Under the pieces are notes generated by a model that did no database searches, was not told where the DNA came from, and saw nothing but the letters and a program-made list of their open reading frames with translations. A stretch of DNA of 62,722 nucleotides, counting the filler, from Choristocarpus tenellus KU-1152 (Eukaryota; Protista; Phaeophyceae), in the NCBI GenBank assembly GCA_964200185.2. It is 11 parts of 11 records of this genome, joined end to end, with 100 filler letters (N's around TTAATTAATTAA, not from the genome) between each part and the next. Parts side by side here need not be neighbours in the genome. Positions count along the whole stretch, not along the records: positions 1 to 4,769 come from CAXNAD020013130.1; positions 4,870 to 9,726 come from CAXNAD020012773.1; positions 9,827 to 19,525 come from CAXNAD020003466.1; 8 more parts are not named here. One strand, given 5' to 3'. Made by a program: the position numbers and the translations under genes. This document shows, one piece after another, positions 1-13,200 of the stretch (position 1 is its first letter; every line of letters begins with the position of its first letter).

Positions 1-103
1 GTTACAAATATTTATTCGAGTGTTATGTGGTTTGTACAAGTAAGGGGTTGATAGGTCACATCCACCAAAAAAACTCACCAACTTGAGATAACATCATCCT
101 GTT

Positions 104-119
104 CTAACCCTAACCCTAA
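104..119. repeat. Short interstitial telomere-like (CCCTAA/TTAGGG)2-3 repeat; one of at least 12 in the window
   Basis: Others at about 5283-5345 (with CCTCAA variants), 12841, 41234, 42025, 42170-42203, 46472, 47221, 54593, 55778, 57000 and 58073. Confidence 0.7.
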
Positions 120-199
120 AGTATATATTTTGACAATGACTAACACTCTCTAAAAGTACAATTTTTCGAAATGTAACACAGCCTTTTTGCTTGACTAAG

Positions 200-700
200 C
201 GGGTGTCCCCACTTACGACCTAACTACCATTAATGACGAGTCCTTAGTACTCCATACACATCTTTTCCAATACCACAAAATATGTCCAACAATAGATCGA
301 CATAGGCCATATTGAACAAATATTTATTGAAGAGTCTCTAGAAGGTATTCATCACTTGCCATATTTTTCTGATTGATGTAACGTGCTTGTACCTGATCAA
401 TCGCGCTCATAGTTTGTTCTCGCTACTTCTTTGTCCTTTAGTTTAACCCTAGAGCTCTAGCGGAGGGGGAAACACTAAAATTAGAAAATTCAGGCCGACA
501 AGCAATGCCTGAACAATGTGCCGTGTTTGTAGGGTTATGAGGAAGATGTTTCTCTATATTTGCTCTAAAATACTCCAAGTACAAGGTCAGTACAAAAGTA
601 TACAATAACTCCTTACTCTCATGAATCGTGGTCCTATATACTGCTTCTGTCCAGGTGTGCATTGGTGATTATGATACGTTAATATCATGTACATGCTGGG
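200..700 (-). mobile_element. Decayed Helitron Rep/helicase fragment (linker and Walker A region)
   Basis: Minus-strand remnants WTEAVYRTTIHESKELL, RTNYERD and LLLDIFCGIGKD resemble Helitron EA..QLR.LF, E.NYD and FFLDGPGGTGKT. The frame contains stops and frameshifts. Confidence 0.4.
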
Positions 701-774
701 TTAAGAATATCATAACCTGCAAATAAAATCTTGTTTGAAACACGATGAAGGATTTGGGGTATATATCATCTTAC

Positions 775-2159
775 CTGTATCGTCACGGTAACGCCTGAAT
801 GGAAGGACAGGTTTACCAAACTTGAACATGTGGTCATAGGTCACATCTTCTATTATAACCACATCGGAGTCCATATGTAGAATGAAGTCCCCATCACAAT
901 ACAAATCAGCACGCAGCTTGGAATATTTCTGCTGTATGTGACCATCCATCAGAGTGGGTTCTGTAACAAGCCGGATGGGGAAGGGTGCGACTACCTTGTG
1001 TGGCTCCAAGATGCCCGTGAAGAGGTCATGATCAATCTCTTCCACTACAACCACAACCTCGTGGGCTGAAGGGAAGTGATCAATGACTGTCAACAAAGAT
1101 ACCCCGAAGAGGAATGCGTCACCAGAAAATGTTCGGTACATAACGCTGATATCATAATCCTCTATCTGAGGCATGGGCAAGCCAACACCTGGGCCAAACT
1201 CCACACCAGGCCGCACCTCCAAGCTAGACTTTGATATTTGGAAAAACCCTGTCTCACAGACCCGTCCATTGGTTTTGGACGATTCAAGAAGAGTTCTGAG
1301 GTGCAAGCTTACATCATACCCATCATATGCAAGGCCCATGTCCACTGAGCAGCTGAAGGATGGTTTGATAAGAGGGATGTCCCACACAGAGACAGTGCGA
1401 AAAAGATTGGAGTTCGTCCAATGAACAGGGTTGACGAATTGAAGTCCAGGATAGTTCCTTGCAAAGGCTACAGATGCCAACATCTGTTGTACGTTTGCGG
1501 ATCGTGTCAAGGACAATGGAGAGGAGGAAGAGGGGATCAAGATTAATTATGGCAAGGTGATGAGGTGTGGCAAGTTCTTTCGTCTATAGTACATAGGCCC
1601 TCATTCTGTAAAACGTTTAGAAAATATGTATTTTTCGAAGTAATACAATACTCACTTACCTCAGGAATTGACAGGGTAGCCACGCCAACAAGGTCCTTAA
1701 ATTGGTCAAGGTAATGAGTGAAAGCTAACTCCTCGTTGAAACGACTTTGCATCGCCGCCTGTGACTGAGCATAGCGATGTGATAGTAATTTCCTCAGCTC
1801 TGCATTGAGGTCTCTCGGAAGAATGAGGTCCGTACCATATGTAAATGATGGAGCCTCAAACCCGAGTAAGGTTGAACTGATGGAGGCCCACTTCTTGAAT
1901 ATGGAAGGAACCTTTTCAACCTCGTTCCATTGTACCAGTAAATTCCCACTAGCTGAATAGGCATCCTTGGTGAGAGGGTCACGCATGACAATAGTACCAG
2001 CTTCAATATAGTAGATGAGAGTTGTTGTGTTGTCGCACATTTGATCTCCCCAAAGTTCTGCGTAATCGACTCTAGTTGAGTTGTAGACTGTCACACGAGG
2101 GACTGCACCAAAGGTCCTGCGCAAATATGAAGGCACCGCACACAGGAAGATGATTTTGT
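775..2159 (-). CDS. DUF6492-like / GT-A-fold glycosyltransferase, partial (two exons: ~2159-1660 and 1483-775)
   Basis: Exon 2 encodes GHIQQKYSKLRADLYCDGDFILHMDSDVV (QQxxKLxA...DSD, a DxD motif). Intron 1659-1484 has a GAG|GTAAGT donor and an ACAG|ATG acceptor that join LSIPE|MLASVAF in frame. Exon 2 ends at ACAG|GTAAG (775). The start of exon 1 is approximate, and upstream and downstream exons were not found. Confidence 0.65.
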
Positions 2160-2399
2160 CTAGTTTAAGGGACAGTCATCATGGAGGGTAATTGTACTAC
2201 AGCTGTCGAAATGGTCTCATCATGGAAAGTTTAAGGATTGTGATCGTAGCTGCATAGGAAGAGGTATGTCCTTTACCCATCCAATATTCTACTCCGAGTA
2301 CTATACTATCAATAAGCTTGGTACGAATATGTAAATAGAGAGAGGGGGGAGGGAGATGGAGTTGTGAAAGGAACCAATTCATGTTTTGGGAAAATCTCA

Positions 2400-3560
2400 C
2401 CGACCTCACTTATCAAATAGTGTTTTTGTGTTTTTGTGTCATAGACACTTTGTGTGTTAGTGAACAGCATAAAAGTACCTTTGGTACAATAAATATAAGG
2501 AGTAAGAAAGTACGACTAAGTAATACCTGTCAAAGAATCAGTTGTCGGCATGATACAAAGAGCTACTGAGAGATAGTGACCAAAGGAACAACAATTGATG
2601 ACAAAATACCTTGGGTAAACATTGGCGTTATGGACAACAGCACATCACATTGTTCTGACCAGTGGATTAGAATACTATACAACTAGCCTTATGAAAGCGC
2701 ACTGGGGATCAACAATGTTACTTCAACATGGTATACAACAGACCGCCATAAAGTGTGCATCTCGTACTGGCATTGAGGGTAGGTGTTGTTTTTACATTCA
2801 AGGAAAAAATTGACCCATGCTGGAAATTTGCCGTTGAGGGTGGAAGACATGGAAAGAACTCTAACAGCGGTTGGTGGGTGATTTAGGGGAGTGGTGGCAT
2901 GGAGTCCAACAAAGGACAGCGCTGAGCTCTATGGGTAAGGGAGGTCGGTAACAGAGGTGAGATCATGACAACACAGCGATGTTGGTGACTTGGAGCTTGG
3001 TAAGGGATAAAGTAGAAATGAAACCTGAAACGACTAGACAGAGAATGAATTACTTGACTGGGGAGAAATTCGATGATAATTCCGATTGTTTAGAGTAATA
3101 TGATTGAATGCTGAACTTGTATTGATTTGAGCCTTGCTACATAAGTTGACACTGTGTGGAAAGGAAGAATCTTTGTTGCATTGAGATAATTAACTTGAGA
3201 TAAAAATTGAGTGTAAGACTGATGAATGGATAATTGTTTTAACAAGATAAAGTTCGAATCTGAAGGTTGTGGCTAAAAGTTGAGGATTCTGCTTGTCAAG
3301 AAAAGGGGCGTGTGGGTCAAACAATGGTTTGCGGATCGTTCTATTGACCTTTTGCATGATGTGAATATTCATGACCAGTGATAGTGATAGTTGTAGTGGT
3401 ATCGCAGTGTGTGTTAAGAAGAAAAGGTTCGTGAGAAATGATGGTTTGTGCGTTGTGCAATTTACATACTGTGTGATAGTGAGCAGTATATTTGACGTTG
3501 AAGTTAGGTGTAATAAGTAAGTACATCAGAAGTATGAACAAGAAATATCAGTGAAAGAAC
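2400..3560 (-). mobile_element. Decayed Helitron PIF1-like helicase fragment
   Basis: Minus strand reads KLHNAQTIIS.., KVNRTIRKPLFDPHAPFLDK...TTFRFELYLV (cf. AVDRTLRD..PFGGK..GDFRQ.LPV), then LL.IG and ML.SNIDP..RLVV (cf. MLLRNLDP..GL.NGTRL). Heavily frameshifted. Confidence 0.5.
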
Positions 3561-4769
3561 TAGTTGTCAACATAAGATCAAGAGTGGTTGAGATTTGTTG
3601 ACCGAGAGGAAGAACAATTAATCACAAGTACCTTACGTAAAATTTGGCTCCACGGGCAAGACGTCCTCACTTCATTTTGAGAAGTGGATTAATAGCATAT
3701 ACGGCCTCCCAAAGAGTGCTGGGGACCAATACGACTACATTAGAAACACTTTTAAACTTCTTCGAAGATGAGGCCTGTACTTCGTTTTTTTCTCAGTCTA
3801 TTGAGAACTGATACAGATACAAATATCTGATGTATGTTACATGTAAAGTGTAGGTGTCGAGTGAAGAGAGAAGAAACACCAACACAACACCGTAGCCTGT
3901 AGCGGTACAGGTGTGCAAACTACTCCCGTTCTGTATATTACAAGGGTCTTCACACGTTTTATTTTCGAGGAATTAAATAAAAGTCGGATTCGTGGGTTCA
4001 AATCTCCAACAAATCACTGGTAATTTCTGTCATAATTCTGAGTTTTACTCTTCTACCTCAGAAGTCTGTATCGTTGAGTTTTTTTGTGAATAACCTTTCA
4101 AATCTGATATATATATTTATATCGTTCGAAAGCCAACAACTTCGGCTTGGTCTTCAAAATAGTTTTCATTTCGAAGTAGTTGAGAAACCCGCCCTTCAAC
4201 AGAAGTGTTTTTTTCGGAAATGGCAAATTTAGGAACAACAGCAAGACCTTTTTGCATTAAATTAATTACTCGTCACTCTCGTTCTCTTCTGTCATTCTCT
4301 TCTGAGGGCATTCTGGATCACTTGATCCCCATTGAAAGAGACACGTACAACTTGGCCACAACTTGGTGGTGGATTGAGCGAGAGAGTGAGAGTGACGACG
4401 AGTATTAATTCAATGCAAGAAACGCCGAGGAATCCAACGCAACTAGCGGGGTCTTCATCGGAGGTCTCGTTTGACGTTATGGGGGATTAACCATAATTTC
4501 CAGCCACTTTTAACCGGTTTAATTGCTTTGCTGTATTTGCTGTTTTTATTGTTCTTGCTAAATGTGTCATTTCCGGGAAAAAAAACATTTGTGTTCAGGG
4601 ACCAGTTTCTCAACCATTTCGAAATGTTTATTAAAGATATCTATGTGCAACCGTTCAACGGTAAGTTCTTGGATTTCGAACGATATTATCATCTCAAGTT
4701 TGAAAAGGTTATTCACAAATAACCATAGGGTACACATCCTCATAAGGCTTTAAGAATCTGGAGGGGGGG

Positions 4770-4869
4770 NNNNNNNNNNNNNNNNNNNNNNNNNNNNNNN
4801 NNNNNNNNNNNNNTTAATTAATTAANNNNNNNNNNNNNNNNNNNNNNNNNNNNNNNNNNNNNNNNNNNN
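4770..4869. other. Artificial assembly linker (44N-TTAATTAATTAA-44N); also at 9727, 19526, 22674, 30310, 33128, 36650, 47600, 50469 and 54464
   Basis: An identical 100-nt spacer carrying stop codons in all six frames sits at every large gap. Confidence 0.97.
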
Positions 4870-5180
4870 CCCCCCCTTTCCCAGCGTTTCCGTCGTTCGT
4901 AAGCAAGCGACAGGGTGGGTGGGTGGGAGAAGCTTGCTCGGAGGTTGCCTTGGTCTCCCCTCCTCGTCTTGTACCCCTGGTTTTCTTTCCCTTTTTCAGC
5001 TAACTGGCTGCTGTCCTCCCTCTTATTTCCACTCATTTCCATTAACCATCTCGTCCCTTCCTTAACTATTCCTTCTCTTCCTGCTTCCTTATTTTTCTTT
5101 CCCCCCCCCTGCCCCCAACCAACCAGAATTCTTCCGCCCACACAACTCAGATTACTTCATAAACTTTCACTTTATCAAAA
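4870..5180. repeat. Dispersed repeat, copy 1 (second copy ~30800-31180); pyrimidine-rich, possibly a retroposon 3' end
   Basis: Both loci share the blocks ggtggg..gaag.ttgctc.g.gttgccttggtc and attctt..c.caca..actcagattacttcataa. Confidence 0.5.
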
Positions 5181-5479
5181 GGATAGGTTGAAACAGAACA
5201 TCATCTATGTGGAAATGGTTAGGATATATTCATAACAAAAGCAGTAATAGTAAAATTACCAAATGTATTTGATTTGACTCAGCCCTAACCCGCCCCTAAC
5301 CTCAACCTCAACCTCAACCTCAATCTCAACCTCAACCCCAAACCCATATCATTAAAAAATAGTACAGGAAAATATAAAAACCAATGAGCTAAACGAATTG
5401 AGAGGTTGGCAGGGTTGTATCTTACGGATGATAGGAAAAATGCACCATTTTCTATAATTACAGAAAGAACCTTCGCTAT

Positions 5480-5622
5480 AATGTGGTGTGAATTTGTGTT
5501 TCGAAAGGGGGAATATCAATTCTGAGTTCGCCATTTTGCACATGAAGCAATAAAATAGAGTGTAGTTATGTAAGGTAAGAAATATGGCCTAGAATGCTAA
5601 AGGGTCCAAACCTGCCCACATC
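5480..5622. repeat. Dispersed repeat family C (copies ~5480-5622 in reverse orientation, ~7242-7390, ~22235-22390)
   Basis: Three loci share the core gaggtagg.aggttt.g.c...tgtgcaa.acactctatt..attgct...aattgatatt..ccct.tc..acacaaa. Confidence 0.65.
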
Positions 5623-6449
5623 TCAATTGGTTTGGGTCAATAATGAAACAAAACGAAATCAATGTGGGAATAACCACACCCCTAAACAAATACACTATAT
5701 TCTTGAACTATTTTTTAACATTTTTGGGGGGTCAGGGCTGGTTTCAAAGGTTACGTATGTACATTTCCATTATGGATATATATATAATTGAGGTATTTTG
5801 TTATTGCCACATCACTTGGACCCTGTTTCAAACCGTGCAGGTATTTGTTTTTGTACAACATCAAAAGTACTTCGAAGTATATGCTTGAAGTTAGTTATGT
5901 TTGGGTATGATGAGGGTTTATTGGTATGTAAACTCATCACCACAGACTTGAACGCTCGTCAAAACTTTTTTCAGTGTAACGCTGATGGGTATGACTGCTG
6001 GGAGATTCCTTGCAGCAGAAGAGGCAATGTCAACGAAAGATATAGCTGGTGTATATGTTAATGCCAACATGGCATCTTCATACATAGTCCATTTATTTTT
6101 TTGGAAGCTGCCACAGGAGAGGTCCCATCTCCTACATGGTGGAGGGTGTTGCCTAGAGAGTGAAAGTAAACGAGAGAGTTGCATTTTAAGGATGCTGACA
6201 AATATGTGCAACATTCGGTCTTTTTTTCAAATGTGTATAGGATATTTTCTGAATAGTGTCGGAAACGTTTCAAACAATAGAGAAATCAACGATCTCAGGT
6301 CAAAATTAAAACTTCATATTATATAGAAATATGGGTGAATCGCAAAAGATAAAAAAAATGAGACTTAAATGCAAAACTGGTAAAAGCTGGGTATCTCTCT
6401 TTTACTTTGAATCAGAGCAAGGTTCTGGAAGTAACCAAGCTCATGCAAC

Positions 6450-6900
6450 TTCCTGGAATCCTGCGAGGAACGGGGAAGGGCAGGGAAAGAAGTGTGCGTA
6501 GATTCTCAAAATGCACCACTTTCAAGAAGGCATTAATTGAAAGTGGCTGGCAAGCAGCTCAAACGGGGGTAAGGTTGTTTGCCTTGCAGGAACTTCTTGA
6601 CACCTGTATCAGGAAGGTGGATAACCTTATTCATCATGGGGACTGAGCTGGTTTGTATACCAAAACACTGAAATGATCCATGGTAGAGAGAACCAGACAG
6701 AGTGCCTCTCAGCACATCCACGACAAGTTTGCCCAGGTACTGAGGGAACAAGGATCGATCATGGAACAGTGGGGGGGATACTCCTGAATACCAAGTCACT
6801 TGATCTCAACCCTCATAGTGCTGAACGAAGTCCTTGACCAGCGACCCACTTTCATGACCCTCACTTAAGGAACCAAGATTGGTGGAAGAGATCGAAGTAA
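6450..6900 (-). mobile_element. Ty1/copia reverse-transcriptase C-terminal remnant
   Basis: Minus strand reads VKDFVQHYEG*DQVTWYSGVS...FGI..SSVPM...PY, resembling copia F..KDLG.V.WYLG...FGM....STPM...PY. Confidence 0.45.
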
Positions 6901-6999
6901 GGTGTAGAAATGATGTGGTTAAAAATGGGGGTGGATACGAGTCGATGTATATTCGTGAACAAACAGAGAGGAAGGATGTGCATGTCTAATGGGAGGCTA

Positions 7000-7230
7000 T
7001 GGGACCCGAAAATATTCCAGTTTAGATCCTAAGACTTGGCCTACAACATGAGGGCGTGGCTATATCTTTCAGGTTTTCCATGAGGTTGTGTTGGCCATGT
7101 GGGACCAGAATGTTGTGCCTGAGGTCTTCTTGGAGGATGTGGTCATCTCCATGCTTCACAAGAACAAGGACCGGACCAACTGTGGCAACGACATGGGCAA
7201 CTTATTGGTGGCATATGCTGAAAAAGAGTT
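7000..7230 (+). mobile_element. RTE-clade LINE reverse-transcriptase remnant
   Basis: FHEVVLAMWDQNVVPEV..EDVVISMLHKNKDRTNCGNDMGNLLVAYAEK matches RTE W.DA.I..LHKKKDR..CGNYRGISLVAHAGK. Confidence 0.75.
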
Positions 7231-10200
7231 AAGCTAAATGCGAGGTAGGTAGGTTTGGACCCTTTGCATTCCAAGCTTTTCATTGTGCAAAACACTCTAT
7301 TTCATTGCTCAATGTGCATAACAGTGTACTCAAAATTGATATTCCCCTTTTCACACACAAAGTGACACCCCAATCCGTGAAAGGATCTTTTTCCAATTCT
7401 ACAAAAAGCAATCTTTTTTACGTTTGTCCGGATCCTTGAAATGCATCCCTGCCTCTCATTTTTTTTTACTCAATAAAAGTACTTCTAAGGCTGTTTGTTG
7501 CAAGGCGAATAGGAGATCACCTGGATTGGGAGAGCATACTTCAACCAGTCAGTCTATCCCACATGCATTAGGTGTACTGCTGTTCTGGATCTCAAATGCA
7601 CTCCTTTCTTGGACCGTCTTATACTCCCTCGTGCATTGATTGCTGCATGTTACTATGTTTTTTACTATGTAACGGGTACAAGACCTACACCCCACAATGA
7701 GTACTACTAGTATCTACTACTATCAAGTTGTCTCAACAACTAGTTTTCTATTAAATACGTTGGCGTTGCATGAAGATGATCCTCACCCCTACTTCTTCGT
7801 GTATATAGTGTGGTGTGGGCATCTTCTGCTCTTAGGCAGAGACACAGTACTCATAAGCATGACTCGACCTGCAGGTACGAAGTTGATTATTTCGGTGGGC
7901 ATCGCCATACTGGTCTACTCTTGGTGTCGGTAGTGCACCACAAACGTTCGCAATGTTGTGTGCTGAAAGACCAAGAATGTTTTGGTCCAAGAAACTGTGC
8001 TGCATCGGCAGGTTGTACGTTGCGGCACGAATATTGAACCCGACGAGAGTACACTCAAGATCCTGGTGCTACTTAGAGCTCTGGTAGCTCTTCTCCATTT
8101 CTGAATCTCCGCCACTTTTTGTAGTTGATTGATCCACCATTACCATCTTCGTGTTGTGTGAAATAGTACTATGCTCACGCTTAGTGCAACCATGGGATAT
8201 TTCGTTTTAGACAACCTTGCTTATTGATTTTCACCTAGAACTGCTATGGAAAATAGCATAGATAACCGAACCACCATGCCATTCCTTTGATCGAATCTTA
8301 TCCAAATCAGGTAGCACAACTGTGGCTATAGTGCGCTGCACTCGTCGCCGGCCCGTTAGTTTAACGCCATCCGCATTGCGAGCACAGCTGTTGATTTCTC
8401 CTATACCGGCGGACTCCAGGGTGTTCTCAAGCATGCCCAACTGGAGGGGCGGGGTAAGGGGCGGAGAAGGAAGACGTTGTCATGGAGAGGGGTTATCAAC
8501 GACCAAGCTGAGGAATTGGGAAGGTTGCGGATGGGGATGGGGAAGAGCGAGGGGCAAGAGCACCTTTCTTTCTGATTCCTTTCGCGAGTCAGTCACAGCT
8601 GCGGGGATTGACCGCATTTATAATGGATCTGGAGGGGGTTCCTCGATTGTACGTTACGTTGGAGCAGGAAATGGGCTCGGGAAAGCTGGCTGGTACTTGT
8701 GGTGACCACCAAACAATGCAGTATCTCGTTCATATTCTCTGCTGGTTCTTGGTGATATGTATTGTTTAGATAGAAGTGCATTGGGGGTGACGTTTTGCTA
8801 TCCAGAGAGCATGAGAGTCCTTTTCCCAGGCTTGCCAATGCGCCTAGGTTGATGGAAAGTGTTCGAGAGTGGATGAGAAACTCTAGTTAACACCGCCCCG
8901 CATTGAATGTCTTGTGCAACATATCTCCTTGATTGGCTTTGCAAGGCCTTCTAGCTACCGAGGTCCTACCCTTTTCTGTTCCATTCGAGCTTTGTGTCAC
9001 CTCAACATGACACCAACACTCCATCCATGGTGTTGTTCTCGCTGATTTTTGTGCGGGTATTCAACAGGATGAACCAACCGTAAACGTGGTGGACGAGTTT
9101 GTGTACAACATTGATCTCCAACGAAGGTACTACAGTGTGTTCAAACACAGGGTGCAATGGAAGGGTCAAAAAGAAGCTCTTGTATTGACGTCGCTTTGTT
9201 TCAATGTCTCTTGCCCTGCTCAACACTGGCACTACATTTTTTTTTGCATCTGTGCCGATTCTGTTGTTATCATTTTTTTTTTGTACAATTACTGTTCTTT
9301 TCACGTGATGCATCAAGGTTCATGTCGTGCGTTCCCCCCTTGCAGTTTTATCAGCGGCTTCCATGGTCCTTTACACGAGTGAAGTAAATGGTCTAGTGCA
9401 CAACCTAGGGTTCAACTTGTCACTGCTATTTCTTGCTGTGCTTAGAATGCCCGCAGACAGAATAGATTGCAAAAGGGAGGACTGTTGCAGTATGTGTTCC
9501 TAGGCCAAGATTGTGTTGCTGATGCTCGTGTTGTAGAATGAAAGAACACCATACGCTAACCCCTCCGATGCCTCCATATTTTGGTCCAAATACTGATTGG
9601 GGCATCTTTTGATATTGACACCTAGCCTCCTTTCAACAGCTTGAAAATACCCGTGTCAGCTCTTCCCCCCCCTCTGCCCCCTTCCCGTGTTGTGTTTTTG
9701 GTATGTCTATACACGCTAGTGGGGTGNNNNNNNNNNNNNNNNNNNNNNNNNNNNNNNNNNNNNNNNNNNNTTAATTAATTAANNNNNNNNNNNNNNNNNN
9801 NNNNNNNNNNNNNNNNNNNNNNNNNNCCCCCTCCCCCAGATACTTTGAGCCTTTGCTTCAAGGGGGGCTTGTCAACAGGTGGTGGTTGGTCATCTTCCAG
9901 CTTGTCACAGGCAATTGGCTATCTTCTGGGTAAGACATATTCTATATATTACCCAATCCTTGTCTTGTTATTGGTTAGAAATGCCACCTTTGGGCTCCCC
10001 CCACAACATTTTATCCATCCCCCACCCATATTTTGGAGACACTTAGAAGCTTCCACATATTGCGGAAGTTAAAACATGGCTACAAAGCACCCCAGAGTGT
10101 TGCCCTAAGTTTCAAGTTGCGAAGAGAGTACTCCTAGAAGCCCATAGTGTTCTAGAGGGTGGAGGAGGTTTAGCCCAGGTCCTCCATTCAAGGCTTGATG

Positions 10201-13200
10201 GAGTGCAATAAAAGATCCCACTTTGATGCCCATTTTGCAGGTGATTTTCCTTGGGATTTGGTCCAGGCAGGGGAATGGAAAAGGTGCATCCACATGAAAA
10301 AAACTGTCCTTAAACCTGATGCATTCACTCAAATTGCATGAAAATCACTACAGCGTTACAAAAGTCCCGAATGGACTCCCGGTCCCCTCAGCAGAATACT
10401 ATGGGCCAGAGGTGCTTGTAGGTTGAAAACTGCCTGGCTGTTTAGTTGTATAAGACGAGAAATGCTTACTGATAAACAACTACTTCTGGAAGCTCCATTC
10501 CAAATCCAAATCCAAATCCAACTTCTTGCCCGCTATAAACTGAAGTGTACATGGTATTGAGCTTGTAAATACTCCTACAATGCTCCCAAGCCATAACATC
10601 ACCTGCTGTCCTGTAATCATTGCCCGCCGGTCCTGGACCGCATTCTCTGCTTCCCACTCCTCCATTTCCTCCACCCCTCCAACTGGCTCGGAAGCATTCT
10701 CCACAGTGTATGAGAACAACCCCCCTAGTGGGGACCCAAATGTGTATGCTGTGAGTCTGGGCCCTTCCTTCTCCATTGTCTGCGAGTATGGAGAGGAAGG
10801 AGGGTGGGCAAGGGGTTGAGCACTCCATGCCGCATGGGGTAAGGCTCGGTGAATGCTCGTTGGAAGTGGTCATATCTGCAAGTAACTCTGCTGCATCGCT
10901 AGAGCTTGTGTAGGATTTCGTTTTGTTAACTGCTGCTTCTGCAGATGGATCTTTTGTCAATAAACTTTGGTACAACCACACTACATTAAATAGTATGTGA
11001 TGTTTCTTGGTCATCATAGTTCTCATTGTACTTACACCTCACTTGCCATCTGAAGGGCCTACCAAAACGTCTGTTTGCCCTGTTGCAAATCACGTCATTG
11101 TGATATCTACCTACTATAACCCCTCTTCACTACATTTGAAACATTGTTGAATGGCACACTTGTGAGGCCAGTGAAAAAATGAACGGTATGATGTGGTCAT
11201 TCATTGATTTAGACCTTATCCAGGTGGTACTACTCAAAGTTTTGAGGTATAATTTGAATTGTGTAGATGCACATTCTTGCTGAAGGCAGTATATTCTCTC
11301 GTGAGTGCATTGCGACTCCTCTCTCTCTAAGCCTGGTTGGACTCTCTCTTCTACGAAATTGCAGTGCAACCAAAATCTGCAAGCACAATACAACCGATGT
11401 TTGGACACTACAGTACAACTACCCGCAAAAAAATAAAATCTCCAGAGCACTTTACGACACAAAGCTATTCTATGCTTACAGTAATAGATATGGAAATTTA
11501 TTTCTGCACCAAGAAATAGTTTATATAACCTCATACACTTAATAGAATTTAAGACCATCACTGCAACATCCCTGAAACACTGTCTCGCCTGAACAGTGTG
11601 TTCGGTGAGAAAAGCTCCCTCATCTCCAGACTCTGGCTCTTCAGCAGAGAAACCTGCGACCTCCGACCCCCCAGACCGAAAATAATAACGTACATGAATA
11701 CATAAATGCCCACATATGTTCAGTTGCTAGTGCGAAGAGGTTTGCATAGATTTCCAATAGATTCAATAGGTATAGAGGCGACCAGTCAGGAAGGCAGAAG
11801 AAAGAAGCATATTGATTGACACATAAATTAAGAGGACTGCTTGCCCTGACTGCTCAATGACCCAGTGGTTGAGTTCTGTTGCTCTCTTCATTTGTGCCCA
11901 TGGGAGACCCTTCGAAATTTGAGTTGTATCACCAATTTTGACACCATACTCTCTGTGTAGTCGACCATTTGACCCTTGCCCAGGTTCTGACTGTTGTCTC
12001 AAGGCCTGCCCACACTTCCACTGTGAATCCATTCTTCATGCCACAATCTAGAAGACCATCACTGCTCACATGATCTTTCCTCAGAGCCCCCTCCTTGCCG
12101 CTTCCCGTACTAAAGCCTGGATGGGACTTGCTGCTGTCATCAGTTACCGCCAGAGCGCCCTTCTTCTGCCCCAGAAACCACAACCTGGAGAGACGTGGCC
12201 GCTCATGTAACATTTGGCAAGGGAAACTTATGGGAACAACCACATCAATACAGGCTGTGGCAAAAGTATGGCAGGAAGGACGCTCCTGTGGCAACTGGTG
12301 ACAGCAGCAACAGTTACCCAGGCTGTGACTTAGGGAATAGCGGGGAAGGATCTGGGTAAAACATCATGCAGGCACCACATCCGTCCAGGTTGTGGCAATG
12401 GGAGTGGCAGCAACATCACTCTGGGTAAACTAGGCCAACACTATGATAGAGAAAATAATCTAAGTAGCAACATCTACGCCAATAGAGTAGCTCGTGTGTC
12501 ACATTTGAGTAAATGTGATCCCTCTACTCTGTAGCTTCCCCTTCCCCTTGAACACAGGCACAACTCTCAGCTGGAAAATGTTTGGAATGGAGAAGGTTGA
12601 TTGTCAGTCCTGTATTTGAATTGCTTCCAATTGGAGGTGCCGAGAGTCCTTTGGTCTAGTCTTATGACCCAAAATTAATTACTAGTACAATAGTCAAGCA
12701 AGCAATCCCATGCTTTCCACTGAAGCAGAAATACAAGTTGATCTGGTGGGTCGCAACCTGGTCTATTGCCTTATATATAAGCCTCTTAAGGTCTCTGGAT
12801 AAGTCAGTGGGAACAATAAAAAATAATAGAGCTAATTTTTCCCTAACCCTAACCTCCCCCGCCAAATGGGAACAATCTGACCAATACATTAAAAATCCTT
12901 GAGGGGTTAGCACCAAAGGCATGAACTAGAAAAGGAGCAAGAAAAAAGTGTGCCATGACTTTGTATTCTTACCAGGGGCGACCTCAAGTGTTCCATTTTG
13001 GTGAGCACGGATGACACATAGCACATGCTCATGGATCTCAGGTGCCGTACTTGTGGCGAACTTCTGCTGATCCTGCCGTGCTCCTCCTTCCCTCTCCCGC
13101 CCCCTTACTGCTCTCCTAAATTCTCTTGTGTTGATGTCCACCGCTGCCATTATATACATTACCTTTTGGAGGCAAAAAATGCAGCAAAACAATATCAAGA

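Noticed and set aside
10480-10776. YTFGSP lipase class 3-like motif in a short minus-strand ORF
   Set aside because: No GxSxG motif or linked exons were found; six residues are insufficient.
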